Assembly: GCA_964612825.1 (NCBI GenBank)
Contig: CAZTCW010000033.1
Location: forward strand, 69,638 to 133,637
Source of the DNA: an uncultured Dehalococcoidia bacterium
Lineage (GTDB): Bacteria > Chloroflexota > Dehalococcoidia > Lucifugimonadales > UBA1127
DNA length: 64,000 nucleotides
Direction: 5' to 3'
Shown here in pieces: positions 52,093 to 61,356 of the stretch (position 1 is its first letter; every line of letters starts with the position of its first letter). The notes beneath the pieces are model-generated. The model saw nothing but the letters and a program-made list of their open reading frames with translations, was not told where the DNA came from and did no database searches. Made by a program: the position numbers and the translations under genes.

Positions 52093-53310
52093 ATGAAAAG
52101 TTCTGCATTCGACATTGTTGTTATAGGTGGAGGTATACTCGGAACCTCAACTGCACTTACCTTATCGACTCGTTTCCCAAAGTATACAATCGGGGTCCTA
52201 GAGAAAGAGTCGGAGCTAGCGTCCCACCAGACCGGCCACAATAGTGGCGTCATACATTCAGGAATTTACTATCGCCCAGGTTCCCTTAAAGCAGAAAACT
52301 GCGTTACCGGGGCCCAATCTCTCTTGGCGTTTTGTGACGAGAATAAAATTGAATATGAATTATGCGGGAAAGTAATTGTTGCGACTAATGAAAACGAAAT
52401 TCCTTCCCTGGAAGAATTGAACAGAAGAGGCACGGCGAATAATGTCCGGGGATTAGAAATGATTGGCCCTGAACGCCTCAAGGAAATCGAACCCTTCGCG
52501 GTAGGATTAAAAGCTCTATATTCACCCTGTACGGGGATTGTAGACTACACCAAAGTTACTAAAGCCTTCGCAAAAAATTTCTTGAATAATGGGGGAACAA
52601 TCCATACATCTACCGAAGTATTGTCCCTAACAAATTCCGACAGCGAAATCATCGTGGAAACCAACCAAGGAGACTTTAAAACTAAATTTCTAATAAACTG
52701 TGCAGGTCTCCAATCAGACAAAATGGCAAGAAAATTTGGATGGGGTAAAGATCTCCGGATAATTCCATTTCGGGGAGAGTATTACTCTTTAATCAATGAA
52801 GCGAAACATTTAGTAAAGGGATTAATTTATCCGGTTCCGGATCCGGCGTTTCCGTTCTTAGGAGTCCATTATACCCGCACCATTTACGGGGACGTCGAGG
52901 CGGGACCAAACGCGGTTCTCGCTTTTTCAAGAGAAGGCTATAAAATGAAAAATATTAGCCCGTTGCATCTCCTTGAAATTGTCGGCTATCCGGGATTTTG
53001 GAGAATGGCAAGAAAGTACTGGAAAACAGGCCTGCTGGAATTTTACCGGTCTATCTCTAAAGCTTCTTTCCTTGAGGCATTACAAAAGTTAGTCCCCGAG
53101 ATTAAAAAGGAACACTTGTCCAAAGGGGGTTCAGGGGTTCGGGCCCAAGCCGTTGAGCGCGACGGGTTTTTGGTGGATGATTTTAGGATAAATGAAACTA
53201 GGAATGCGATACATGTTCTAAATGCCCCCTCCCCAGGAGCGACGGCTTCAATCTCAATTGCTGCAAAAATTGTAGATATGGCGACTAATTCCTTTAAACT
53301 AGATCAATAG
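52093..53310 (+). CDS. lhgO: L-2-hydroxyglutarate oxidase/dehydrogenase-like FAD oxidoreductase
   Basis: DIVVIGGGILGTSTA ... LEKESELASHQTGHNSGVIHSGIYYRPGSLKA is typical of LhgO. AAGGAG lies upstream of the ATG. Confidence 0.82.
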   Translation: MKSSAFDIVVIGGGILGTSTALTLSTRFPKYTIGVLEKESELASHQTGHNSGVIHSGIYYRPGSLKAENCVTGAQSLLAFCDENKIEYELCGKVIVATNENEIPSLEELNRRGTANNVRGLEMIGPERLKEIEPFAVGLKALYSPCTGIVDYTKVTKAFAKNFLNNGGTIHTSTEVLSLTNSDSEIIVETNQGDFKTKFLINCAGLQSDKMARKFGWGKDLRIIPFRGEYYSLINEAKHLVKGLIYPVPDPAFPFLGVHYTRTIYGDVEAGPNAVLAFSREGYKMKNISPLHLLEIVGYPGFWRMARKYWKTGLLEFYRSISKASFLEALQKLVPEIKKEHLSKGGSGVRAQAVERDGFLVDDFRINETRNAIHVLNAPSPGATASISIAAKIVDMATNSFKLDQ

Positions 53311-53355
53311 AAAGATCCCGAATCTTTTTTCAGAGCGTCCTAAAGAAATATAAAT

Positions 53356-54492
53356 TTAAGCCCGAAAGGGCTTTATTCGCTTTAGGGCTTCCTCAGTAGC
53401 AAGCTCAAGAAAATGGGAAGCAAACTTCATAGAATCCCTCTCATCAATCCCCAGGTCATTTATTGAAGCTAACCAGTTGAAACCGTTCCCATACAGTGCT
53501 TCGTGGTTTAAACCCAATTTCCCGGAAATTCCCAACACTGGGATCCCTAGAGCTACCGAATAACTCGCTACTACCATAGGAGCTTTTCCATACATAGTTT
53601 GATAATCTATGGAACCTTCCCCGACAATAACCAGATCTGCACCATCAAGCTGATCGTAAACATTTAACCGTTCACAAATTAATTGTCCTCCAAATTCGCA
53701 TCCGGCTCCCAAAAATGCCTTTAGCCCTGTCCCTAAGCCGCCACCTGCTCCTGCACCAGGGAAATCGCAAATATCTATCCCACGCGTTTTATCGATGACA
53801 GTTGAAAGACGCTGTAATCCTTTTTCCAATACCCTTATCGAAGCAGGGTCGGCACCTTTTTGAGGTCCATAAACCTTTGACGCCCCTTCCGGCCCACACA
53901 AAGGGTTTAACACATCCAAGGCCACTGTAATTTCACTTTCAGCAATGCGGGGATCAAGCCCCTCAAAATCGATGGTGGCGAGATTGACGAGTGAACCTCC
54001 CCCTAACGGAAGGTCTTGACCATACCTGTCGAGAAATCGGATGCCTAATGCCTGAGCCATACCTACTCCCCCATCATTAGTCGCAGAACCTCCGACTCCA
54101 AGGATAATTTTAAAATATCCCATATCTAGCGCCACTTTAATAAGTTCACCCACTCCTTTTGTAGTGGTTTTCAGGGGGTTTCGCTGATTAGGAGAAAGTA
54201 GAGTTAACCCGCACGCATGTGCAGATTCGATAACTGCCGTTTTCTTATCGTTCATTACGCCCCAATAGGCCAAAATTTTCTCACCTAATGGGCCAGCGAC
54301 TATGGCTTGGGAGTAATTTCCCGATTTCTCACCAACTAAAACTTCCAACGTGCCGTTACCACCGTCAGCAACCGGAATCAGAGTAGTCTGAGAATCAGGG
54401 AAAATCTTATTTGATCCCCGTTGAATCGCTCGAGCAGCTTCCCACGGACCTAAACTCCCTTTAAACCCTTGTGGAGCGATAGCAATACGCAT
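53356..54492 (-). CDS. Glycerate kinase
   Basis: MRIAIAPQGFKGSL N-terminus and glycerate kinase-like sequence throughout (GVGGSATNDGG, VIVGEGSIDYQT). Confidence 0.9.
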   Translation of the reverse strand: MRIAIAPQGFKGSLGPWEAARAIQRGSNKIFPDSQTTLIPVADGGNGTLEVLVGEKSGNYSQAIVAGPLGEKILAYWGVMNDKKTAVIESAHACGLTLLSPNQRNPLKTTTKGVGELIKVALDMGYFKIILGVGGSATNDGGVGMAQALGIRFLDRYGQDLPLGGGSLVNLATIDFEGLDPRIAESEITVALDVLNPLCGPEGASKVYGPQKGADPASIRVLEKGLQRLSTVIDKTRGIDICDFPGAGAGGGLGTGLKAFLGAGCEFGGQLICERLNVYDQLDGADLVIVGEGSIDYQTMYGKAPMVVASYSVALGIPVLGISGKLGLNHEALYGNGFNWLASINDLGIDERDSMKFASHFLELATEEALKRIKPFRA

Positions 54493-54588
54493 AATAAATT
54501 ATTGAACTTCATATATGGACAGCCAGAAATTTGGTAGTTACACGCATATCATGCCACACATAACACGAACCAAACAACGTCAATCAAA

Positions 54589-54617
54589 TTGACATGAACG
54601 CCCATTCCTACTAAAAT
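54589..54617 (+). promoter_or_regulatory. Putative promoter, TTGACA-N17-TAAAAT
   Basis: TTGACA at 54589-54594 and TAAAAT at 54612-54617, 33 nt upstream of the DUF59 ATG. Confidence 0.5.
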
Positions 54618-54649
54618 CGGTCATTCCAAACTTTAACGGAGAGTAAAAT

Positions 54650-54970
54650 ATGGGCCAATCCGCATCTTTGGTAAAAGAATCTGAAATAGTGGACGCTTTA
54701 AGGGACGTTTACGACCCAGAGATCCCAGTCAATGTTTATGATCTCGGACTGATTTATGATATTCAAATCAATGACGAAAACACAGTTTACATTACAATGA
54801 CTCTAACTGCTCCTGGTTGCGGCATGGGACCGTACATTGCCCAAAATGCCGAATGGCGAATAGCTGAAGTGGAAGGAGTCTCCGATGTCCAAGTAGAAAT
54901 GGTATTCGACCCACCATGGAACCCAGACATGGTACGCGAAGAAGGAAGAAAATTGCTGGGCATCGAGTAA
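54650..54970 (+). CDS. DUF59 / SufT-like Fe-S cluster assembly factor
   Basis: VYDPEIPVNVYDLGLIY ... TLTAPGCGMG is the canonical DUF59 (MIP18) core. Confidence 0.85.
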   Translation: MGQSASLVKESEIVDALRDVYDPEIPVNVYDLGLIYDIQINDENTVYITMTLTAPGCGMGPYIAQNAEWRIAEVEGVSDVQVEMVFDPPWNPDMVREEGRKLLGIE

Positions 54971-55022
54971 GAATATTTTCACAATAATTCTGATTGGATC
55001 TCACTAAGAATAATGGAGTTAA

Positions 55023-55835
55023 ATGGCTACTAGAGAACCTACACCTCAAGAGCAAGCTCGCTTGGAAGCTATACGGCGTCAATGGCAACAAAAACGCCTA
55101 ATCACCGAACGATTAGGGAAAATTGGCACCAAATTGGCTGTTTACAGCGGGAAGGGTGGTGTTGGTAAAACAACGGTCGCCGTAAACTTAGCCACTACTC
55201 TGGCCCAATTGGGGTCTAGCGTTGGAATACTAGACGCAGATATCGATTGCCCTAATGTAGTTAGGGCGATGAAGGCAGATGAAGCGACTCCAAATCAAAA
55301 TAATGGAGCGCTAGTACCTGACTCCAAATGGGGAGTGAAAGTCCTCTCAATGGGTTTCTTCCAACAAAATGAAGATGAGGCTATAATTTTTCGAGGCCCA
55401 ATGATTCATAACGCAATTACCCAATTCCTGGAATCCACTGATTGGGGAGAGTTAGATTATCTGGTTGCTGATTTACCTCCTGGGACATCTGACGCCCCCC
55501 TTACGATAATGCAGTCCCTCCCGCTCGATGGATTTATTATCGTAGCAACGCCACAAGAATTAGCCAAAATTGACGCCAAGCGCTCTATCAACATGGTCCG
55601 AAAAATGAATCTTCCTGCGCTTGGTGTCGTTGAAAACCTTTCTGGAGACATTTTTGGACAAGGAGCAGGAGAAGAATTAGCTCACGAACTCGACCTTCCA
55701 TTCCTAGGAAGATTATCCATGCGCTCGAGTTACCAAGACACCTCACAACCCACGGTATTATTAGATCCGGAAGTTCAAGAAGAGTACCGACTAATTATAA
55801 AAAATATCCAGTCGATTTTAACCAAACAACCATAA
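55023..55835 (+). CDS. Mrp/NBP35/ApbC family Fe-S cluster carrier ATPase
   Basis: Deviant Walker A AVYSGKGGVGKTTVA and LVADLPPGTSD. Confidence 0.9.
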   Translation: MATREPTPQEQARLEAIRRQWQQKRLITERLGKIGTKLAVYSGKGGVGKTTVAVNLATTLAQLGSSVGILDADIDCPNVVRAMKADEATPNQNNGALVPDSKWGVKVLSMGFFQQNEDEAIIFRGPMIHNAITQFLESTDWGELDYLVADLPPGTSDAPLTIMQSLPLDGFIIVATPQELAKIDAKRSINMVRKMNLPALGVVENLSGDIFGQGAGEELAHELDLPFLGRLSMRSSYQDTSQPTVLLDPEVQEEYRLIIKNIQSILTKQP

Positions 55836-55851
55836 ACCAAAGAGGATTCCG

Positions 55852-56223
55852 ATGGACAGACGACTTGAACGTGAAATAGAAGAAATTTTAGAAAAATCCA
55901 CTGGGCAACCAAATAGATTTAGGGTCGAGGAAATTAACCCCAATAAGGACATTCAAGGTAAAAATTCGCTTGTGGGGCGTATTCAAAAGAGAATATCCAT
56001 AAAACAACTTTTCATAACGGGCGGATTACTGATGCTTAGCGCTCTAATCGTCGGGATTATTAGTCCCGGCATGAAAAGTGGGGTTCTCTTTTGGTCTGGG
56101 TTAACGTTGTTTATAACGGCATATGCATTTTATTTCACACGTCCCTCTCCTAACTCTCAATTACGTTGGAGGGGAAGACCAGTAAGATATGACGATGACT
56201 ACCAAAGTAGAAACGAAAGCTAG
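55852..56223 (+). CDS. Hypothetical membrane protein
   Basis: Two predicted TM helices (LFITGGLLMLSALIVGII and VLFWSGLTLFITAYAFYF). AGAGGA lies upstream of the ATG. I recognise no family. Confidence 0.5.
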   Translation: MDRRLEREIEEILEKSTGQPNRFRVEEINPNKDIQGKNSLVGRIQKRISIKQLFITGGLLMLSALIVGIISPGMKSGVLFWSGLTLFITAYAFYFTRPSPNSQLRWRGRPVRYDDDYQSRNES

Positions 56224-56340
56224 ATTATAGTTTCACCATTCCCTAAACTCGAGAGGAAGGCTAACCACCTTCACCGCAATCAACATTGAACCGTAACCCT
56301 CAGACGGCCTGGTTCCCAACTGTCCCGAAAGATCGGGGAT

Positions 56341-57078
56341 TTAAATCCTAAAATGCTCGATTTCATTCTCAAAAATAATCCCTCGAAATTTTGGTTCTGA
56401 AAGTAATAACTCAGGGGGACCATCACCAATTATCTTCCCGCCAGCTAAAACTATCACCCGATCAGCTAATGCGGATACTTCTGGAAACGAATGGGATACA
56501 TACAACATTGGAATTTCAAGCTCGGAATGGATCAGCTTAAGATATTCTAAAATCTTTATCCGTGAGGGTCCATCCAAATTTGCCAAAGGTTCATCAAGGA
56601 TTAATAGATCTGGGGCAGTTGCAAGAGCTCGGGCCATAGCAACTTTCTGCCTTTCCCCTCCCGATAGAGAAGAAGGGAATCGAGAAAGTAAACCCTCCAA
56701 TTCCAGGAGTTCAATTAACGGCTGCACTTCAAGCCGTCGGAGTGCGGGAGGAACAAGGTTATATCCAAAAAATATATTTTCTTTTACTTTCAAATGCGGG
56801 AAAAGAAACCCTCTTTGAAACATATACCCAATTCTACGGGATTCAGCAGGAATTACGTGACGACGCCTTTCTGAAATTTCACATAAAAATCGGTCGCCGA
56901 GTTTAATCATTCCATCATCGGGTGTAGTAAATCCACTCACGCAATCCAGCAATGTGCTTTTGCCGCTTCCGGTGGGGCCAAAGACTGCAGTAATTGTTTT
57001 CCCTATCGTAAATTCCACATTTAGAAAGAATTCGGTATAACTTTTTCGAATATCAACAGTCAGAAAATTCAGGTACAT
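56341..57078 (-). CDS. modC: Molybdate ABC transporter ATP-binding protein (short form, no obvious TOBE domain)
   Basis: GPTGSGKST, LSGGERQKVAMARA and LILDEP. It follows modA and modB. Confidence 0.82.
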   Translation of the reverse strand: MYLNFLTVDIRKSYTEFFLNVEFTIGKTITAVFGPTGSGKSTLLDCVSGFTTPDDGMIKLGDRFLCEISERRRHVIPAESRRIGYMFQRGFLFPHLKVKENIFFGYNLVPPALRRLEVQPLIELLELEGLLSRFPSSLSGGERQKVAMARALATAPDLLILDEPLANLDGPSRIKILEYLKLIHSELEIPMLYVSHSFPEVSALADRVIVLAGGKIIGDGPPELLLSEPKFRGIIFENEIEHFRI

Positions 57079-57081
57079 AAC

Positions 57082-57753
57082 CTATAACCAAACCTTCCGG
57101 TTCATCTGACGATGTAGGACGAGGGCGACTAAAGAAAGAACCACAGAAACCACCATTAATCTAAGCGCAGAAAAATCATCCCCTGTTTGAAGGTAAGTGA
57201 ATATAGCTAATGGCAAGGTTTGAGTTTGTCCGGGGATATTTCCAGCCACCACGATAGTAGCCCCAAATTCCCCCAAAGCTCGCGCATAACCCAAAACTAT
57301 TGAAGCTAACACCCCTCGCTTTGCCAAAGGGAAAGTCACCCTAAAAAATGTCTGGAGCGGATTGGCCCCTAAACTACGAGCTGCTTTCTCAAAATTGCTC
57401 TCGACATTTGAAAAAGCGACCTCCATAGACCTTACCATAAGTGGGAAGGATACGATTCCTGCTGCCAAGGCTGCTCCAATCCAGGTAAATACAAGATTTA
57501 AGCCGAAATCAGCAAGGATCTTTCCAATAGGACTTTGATTTCCTAAGATAATTAACAGAAAATACCCGACCGTTACCGGAGGAAGAACCAACGGCAATGA
57601 AATAAAGATATCTATCACGGTTTTCCCTGGTAAGGTACTCTTGGCGAGGTACCAACTTACCCCCACTGCTGCTGGGAAGGCTAATCCAATCCCGAGAAGT
57701 GAAACCTTCAAAGAAACTAAAATAACATCAAAATCGTCGGCTATAATTTCAAT
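57082..57753 (-). CDS. modB: Molybdate ABC transporter permease (start codon unresolved)
   Basis: PLVLPPVTVGY and the EAA-loop region EKAARSLGANPLQTFFRVTFPLAKRG. The ModB-like sequence ADDFDVILVSLKVS continues upstream of the TTG at 57711. No ATG, GTG or TTG lies between that TTG and the in-frame stop at 57787-57789. An ATT at 57751-57753 sits 5 nt after a G7 run. Confidence 0.8.
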   Translation of the reverse strand: MEIIADDFDVILVSLKVSLLGIGLAFPAAVGVSWYLAKSTLPGKTVIDIFISLPLVLPPVTVGYFLLIILGNQSPIGKILADFGLNLVFTWIGAALAAGIVSFPLMVRSMEVAFSNVESNFEKAARSLGANPLQTFFRVTFPLAKRGVLASIVLGYARALGEFGATIVVAGNIPGQTQTLPLAIFTYLQTGDDFSALRLMVVSVVLSLVALVLHRQMNRKVWL

Positions 57754-57824
57754 TGCGACCCCCCCAAACTTTTTGTGGATTGTGTACTAAGATTTTCCTC
57801 ATCAAACTCCAAAAAGACTATGAA

Positions 57825-58679
57825 TTATTCATAAATCGGGTCAAAGTCGTAAGCCTTAAATTCAGTGCTAGCTTTTGTCTCTGAGAGGAATTCTATAAAA
57901 CGGAAAGCAACTTCTTTGTTAGTTGAATCTTCCAATACTGCTGCCGGGTAAACGATTGGGCCGTAACTATCCTTTGGAAATTCAAAAATTACCTGTAATT
58001 TATTACGATTAGTGGAGTCCGTCCGATATACGATCCCAATATCTGCGTTTCCTGATTCCACATAGGATAGAGTTGCCCTAACATTGGGGGCAAATATTAC
58101 TTTTTGAAAAATTTTTTCCCACACTCCGGTATTCTCCAACGCTGTTACCGAGTACCGACCCGCAGGGGCTAAATTAGGATCAGTCACCGCTACTCGCAAA
58201 ATTTCAGGAGAAGAAAAGATATCGGAAAGGTTAGAATTCAGGTTCGAATCTTGCCTAGATACCAAAACCAACTGATTGGTTAAAATATTCCGTCTGGTGT
58301 TATCTAGGAGGAGTCCTTCGGCCTCAAGAATATCCATTGGCTGGTCCCCGGCACTTAGATACACATCTGCCTTTGCCCCTCTTCGAATTTGTTGAGCCAA
58401 AGAGTCAGATCCTGCAAAATTGAACCGAATAGGAACCCCTTCTTGTTCAGTAAAGGACTCCCCTATGGGAGACAGTACCTCGACCAGACTTGCAGCGGCA
58501 AAAACCATGACTTGATCCTCTTTAGCATTACAAGAGGAGAAGGATAACAAGAGAAGAGAAGAGAATCCAATAGGAATTAATTTTCCGAAATGGCTTCTCA
58601 GAACCGTATAATGACCAATAAAAGAGCGGACCGATTCTGAAATCTGGCGTTTCCATCTCATTGGAGGGATAATTTTCAC
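57825..58679 (-). CDS. modA: Molybdate ABC transporter substrate-binding protein
   Basis: The signal/lipobox region LLLLSFSSC, then VFAAASL ... NFAGS ... VTDPNLAPAGRY, which is typical of ModA. The exact start is uncertain. Confidence 0.85.
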   Translation of the reverse strand: MKIIPPMRWKRQISESVRSFIGHYTVLRSHFGKLIPIGFSSLLLLSFSSCNAKEDQVMVFAAASLVEVLSPIGESFTEQEGVPIRFNFAGSDSLAQQIRRGAKADVYLSAGDQPMDILEAEGLLLDNTRRNILTNQLVLVSRQDSNLNSNLSDIFSSPEILRVAVTDPNLAPAGRYSVTALENTGVWEKIFQKVIFAPNVRATLSYVESGNADIGIVYRTDSTNRNKLQVIFEFPKDSYGPIVYPAAVLEDSTNKEVAFRFIEFLSETKASTEFKAYDFDPIYE

Positions 58680-58776
58680 GCCTCGATCCCTAGAATATTA
58701 ACAGGCCCCAGAATAATCATATCCATTGATTCTGGATTCATTCAATTTTGATTAGTAATCGAAGATGGTTCTGGAA

Positions 58777-59082
58777 CTATCCACCCTCGCCAATATTTCT
58801 CGGGGCAGTCTGTGTTGCTTCTCGCAACTCGTTCATGTCCTTCCCTTCAAAATATTCATAGTTCATAGGAATGTAATTTTGCCATTCAGCCGGGACTTGG
58901 TCTTCCACAAAAATCGCTTGAACCGGACATACTGGTTCGCAAGCAGCACAGTCTATACACTCATCAGGTGCGATGTACATCATGTTGTCTGCCTCAGTAG
59001 TATAAATACAATCCACAGGACACACATCGATACATGCCCCGTCTTTTACGCCAACGCAAGGTTCTGCAATTATATAGGTCAT
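58777..59082 (-). CDS. 7Fe-type ferredoxin (3Fe-4S plus 4Fe-4S)
   Basis: CVGVKDGACIDVCPVDC and CIDCAACEPVCP cysteine patterns. Confidence 0.9.
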   Translation of the reverse strand: MTYIIAEPCVGVKDGACIDVCPVDCIYTTEADNMMYIAPDECIDCAACEPVCPVQAIFVEDQVPAEWQNYIPMNYEYFEGKDMNELREATQTAPRNIGEGG

Positions 59083-59266
59083 GCTGGAGCATAACCTCCT
59101 TCCCTATAAATTAGTTTCCCATATCCCAAAACTATTGTTTATTCTTACGACAATTTTCCCGTTATATTAGCATATAGAAACTTCTGAGAAAACATCAGAT
59201 TAAAAGGTTCGGCCATAATATCAAACTCGATCTATCTTCTGCAAAAAAATTTAAGCCTTCTATAAA

Positions 59267-59716
59267 TTAAATAGAACCCGAATAACCTCTTTTTGTAACC
59301 ATAAGGGACACAAATGTTTCAGTCCTCTGAACACCGTCTATAGCCCCGATTTTCTCCCTGAGAAAATTGCCCAATTCCTCGGAAGATGGGAGGGCAACCC
59401 AAGCAAACATGTCAAAGGTTCCGGTAGTGACAGAAACCCAATAGGTTTCATCTATTTTCGATAGGTTTTGAACGACAGAATCGGTTTTATCTGGGTCAAC
59501 CTGCAACCCTATCAAGGCTTCGGTGGAAAATCCTAAGACTTTAGGTTCGGGATAAGCTACCACTTTTATCACATTATTTTGGGTAAGTCGTTTCAATCTT
59601 CGGCGAATAGTCCCTTCGCTGACCCCTAAAGTCCGAGCCACCTCCGCATTAGAGGCTCTCCCGTCGGTTTGAAGGGCATTTATGATGGTTTTATCCAATT
59701 GGTCAAGAGACAGCAT
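59267..59716 (-). CDS. Lrp/AsnC family transcriptional regulator
   Basis: HTH region LDKTIINALQTDGRASNAEVARTLGVSEGTIRRRLKRL plus a C-terminal RAM-like domain. The ATG at 59716 lies 7 nt after AAGGA. Confidence 0.88.
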   Translation of the reverse strand: MLSLDQLDKTIINALQTDGRASNAEVARTLGVSEGTIRRRLKRLTQNNVIKVVAYPEPKVLGFSTEALIGLQVDPDKTDSVVQNLSKIDETYWVSVTTGTFDMFAWVALPSSEELGNFLREKIGAIDGVQRTETFVSLMVTKRGYSGSI

Positions 59717-59824
59717 TAATAATTCCTTTTGAGTTAGTCTGCCTTTCAGGATATGCCACATTTCCGAAGACTGTCAATTACGAGTATGGTGTGGAAATGG
59801 CCAAATAATTCACTAAACCGTAAT

Positions 59825-59852
59825 TTGCCACCGTAAATTCCCGTGTTATAAT
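59825..59852 (+). promoter_or_regulatory. Putative promoter for the coxM-like gene, with an extended -10
   Basis: TTGCCA at 59825-59830, a 16-nt spacer, and TGtTATAAT with TATAAT at 59847-59852. Confidence 0.5.
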
Positions 59853-59884
59853 CACAGAGCTTAAAACAGATTGAGAAGGTTATC

Positions 59885-60760
59885 TTGCGATATTTTGAAT
59901 TTTCTAGGCCAAACTCCTTAGAACAAGCATTGTCGGTTCTTTCCGAAAATCCTGGAGAAGTCCGACCGCTCGCTGGCGGGACTGATTTGATTGAACAGGT
60001 AAAACAAGGCAGGCATGAACCAAAAATCATCATGGACTTGAAAAGTATCCCTGAACTCTGCAAATTAGATTGGGATCCTAAGGACGGCCTGCGGATCGGG
60101 GCTGCTACCAGCTGTTCGGAAGTCTATCAACATCAAATTGTCAGGACTCATTTCCCAGCCATTGTAGATGCCGGCATGCTAGTCGGTTCAATTCAAATAC
60201 AAAACAGGGCCGCAATAGGCGCCAATGTCTGCAATGCTGCCCCCTCAGGAGACACCATACCAGCTTTGTTAATTTATGAAGCCAAGGCTATGATTATAAG
60301 CCCGAGAGGAAGTAGAGAAGTTCCATTGGAGAAATTTTTTGTAGGACCCGGGAGAACAGTTTTGGAGGGAGATGAAATCCTAATGGAGATCATTGTTCCG
60401 CCCCCAGCCCCACGGAGTCACAGTTCTTATCTAAGATTCATTCCCAGAGAAGAGATGGATATAGCCGTCGTTGGGGTGGGGTCTATGGTAAGCCTTGACG
60501 AGAACGGAACATGCTCCACGGCACGAGTCGCGCTTGCCTCGGTTGCTCCCACCCCAGTAAGAGCCTTTCATGCAGAATCGATTCTTGAGGGGAACCCCCC
60601 GACCACAATTCTGGTCGAAGAAGCCGCTCGAAATGCCGTACTGGATTCTAGTCCAATAAGCGATGTTAGAGGAAGTGCGGAATACCGGAAAAATTTAGTA
60701 GAGGTTTTAACAAGCCGAACACTAACAAATTGTTTCAATGCACTCGGCCAAACCCTGTAG
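59885..60760 (+). CDS. Molybdenum hydroxylase FAD-binding subunit (CoxM/XdhB-like)
   Basis: FEFSRPNSLEQALSVL ... RPLAGGTDL ... NRAAIGANVCNAAPSGD. TTG start 5 nt after GAGAAGG. Confidence 0.88.
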   Translation: MRYFEFSRPNSLEQALSVLSENPGEVRPLAGGTDLIEQVKQGRHEPKIIMDLKSIPELCKLDWDPKDGLRIGAATSCSEVYQHQIVRTHFPAIVDAGMLVGSIQIQNRAAIGANVCNAAPSGDTIPALLIYEAKAMIISPRGSREVPLEKFFVGPGRTVLEGDEILMEIIVPPPAPRSHSSYLRFIPREEMDIAVVGVGSMVSLDENGTCSTARVALASVAPTPVRAFHAESILEGNPPTTILVEEAARNAVLDSSPISDVRGSAEYRKNLVEVLTSRTLTNCFNALGQTL

Positions 60761-60806
60761 GGGAAAAAAAGATCCTTCTAAAACACAGATGAATGGGCAG
60801 GTAGAC

Positions 60807-61295
60807 ATGGAAAAACGAATTTCTGTTCCAAATAAAATTGCAATTACTACCAAGATTAATGGTGATCCTCAAGAATTCCTGATTTCTCCTTGGCAAACAC
60901 TACTGGATGTGTTGAGAGATCAGTTGGGTTTGACTGGAGCAAAAGAAGGCTGCGGTAATGGGAATTGTGGAGCATGCACGGTGATGATTGATGGGAAAAC
61001 CGCAGATTCATGTATGGTGTTGGCCGCAGAAATCGATGGTAGCGAACTCCAGACAATTGAAGGGGTAGCAAACGGTGGCGAACTGCACCCAATACAAAAA
61101 GCTTTTATAGAACACGGGGCATTACAATGTGGGTTTTGTACCCCCGGCTTCATAATGTCGGCCAAACATTTACTAGAAAATATCCCCCAACCGACCGAAG
61201 AAGAAATCCGATTATGGATTGCCGGCAACCTTTGTAGATGCACAGGTTATGACAAAATTGTCAGGGCCATCCAATCGGTGGGTGAGTCACACTAG
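60807..61295 (+). CDS. Molybdenum hydroxylase (2Fe-2S)-binding small subunit (CoxS-like)
   Basis: CGNGNCGACTV, CGFCTPG and CRCTGY cluster motifs. The start is at 60807 or 60789. The track start at 60738 overlaps the upstream gene. Confidence 0.9.
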   Translation: MEKRISVPNKIAITTKINGDPQEFLISPWQTLLDVLRDQLGLTGAKEGCGNGNCGACTVMIDGKTADSCMVLAAEIDGSELQTIEGVANGGELHPIQKAFIEHGALQCGFCTPGFIMSAKHLLENIPQPTEEEIRLWIAGNLCRCTGYDKIVRAIQSVGESH

Positions 61296-61356
61296 GGCAA
61301 CATCCCGTTCTAAAACCTTGTTTCCTAGACTTCCTTATTTAATGGGTTAATACCCT

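Noticed and set aside
58680-58776. A Moco riboswitch upstream of modA.
   Set aside because: The intergenic space is 97 nt, shorter than the motif. It shows only a 7-bp hairpin (CCAGAAT/ATTCTGG) with none of the conserved Moco-motif sequence I can recall.
58765-59094. A 109-aa plus-strand ORF.
   Set aside because: It is the mirror image of the minus-strand ferredoxin, whose two cysteine cluster motifs are unambiguous.
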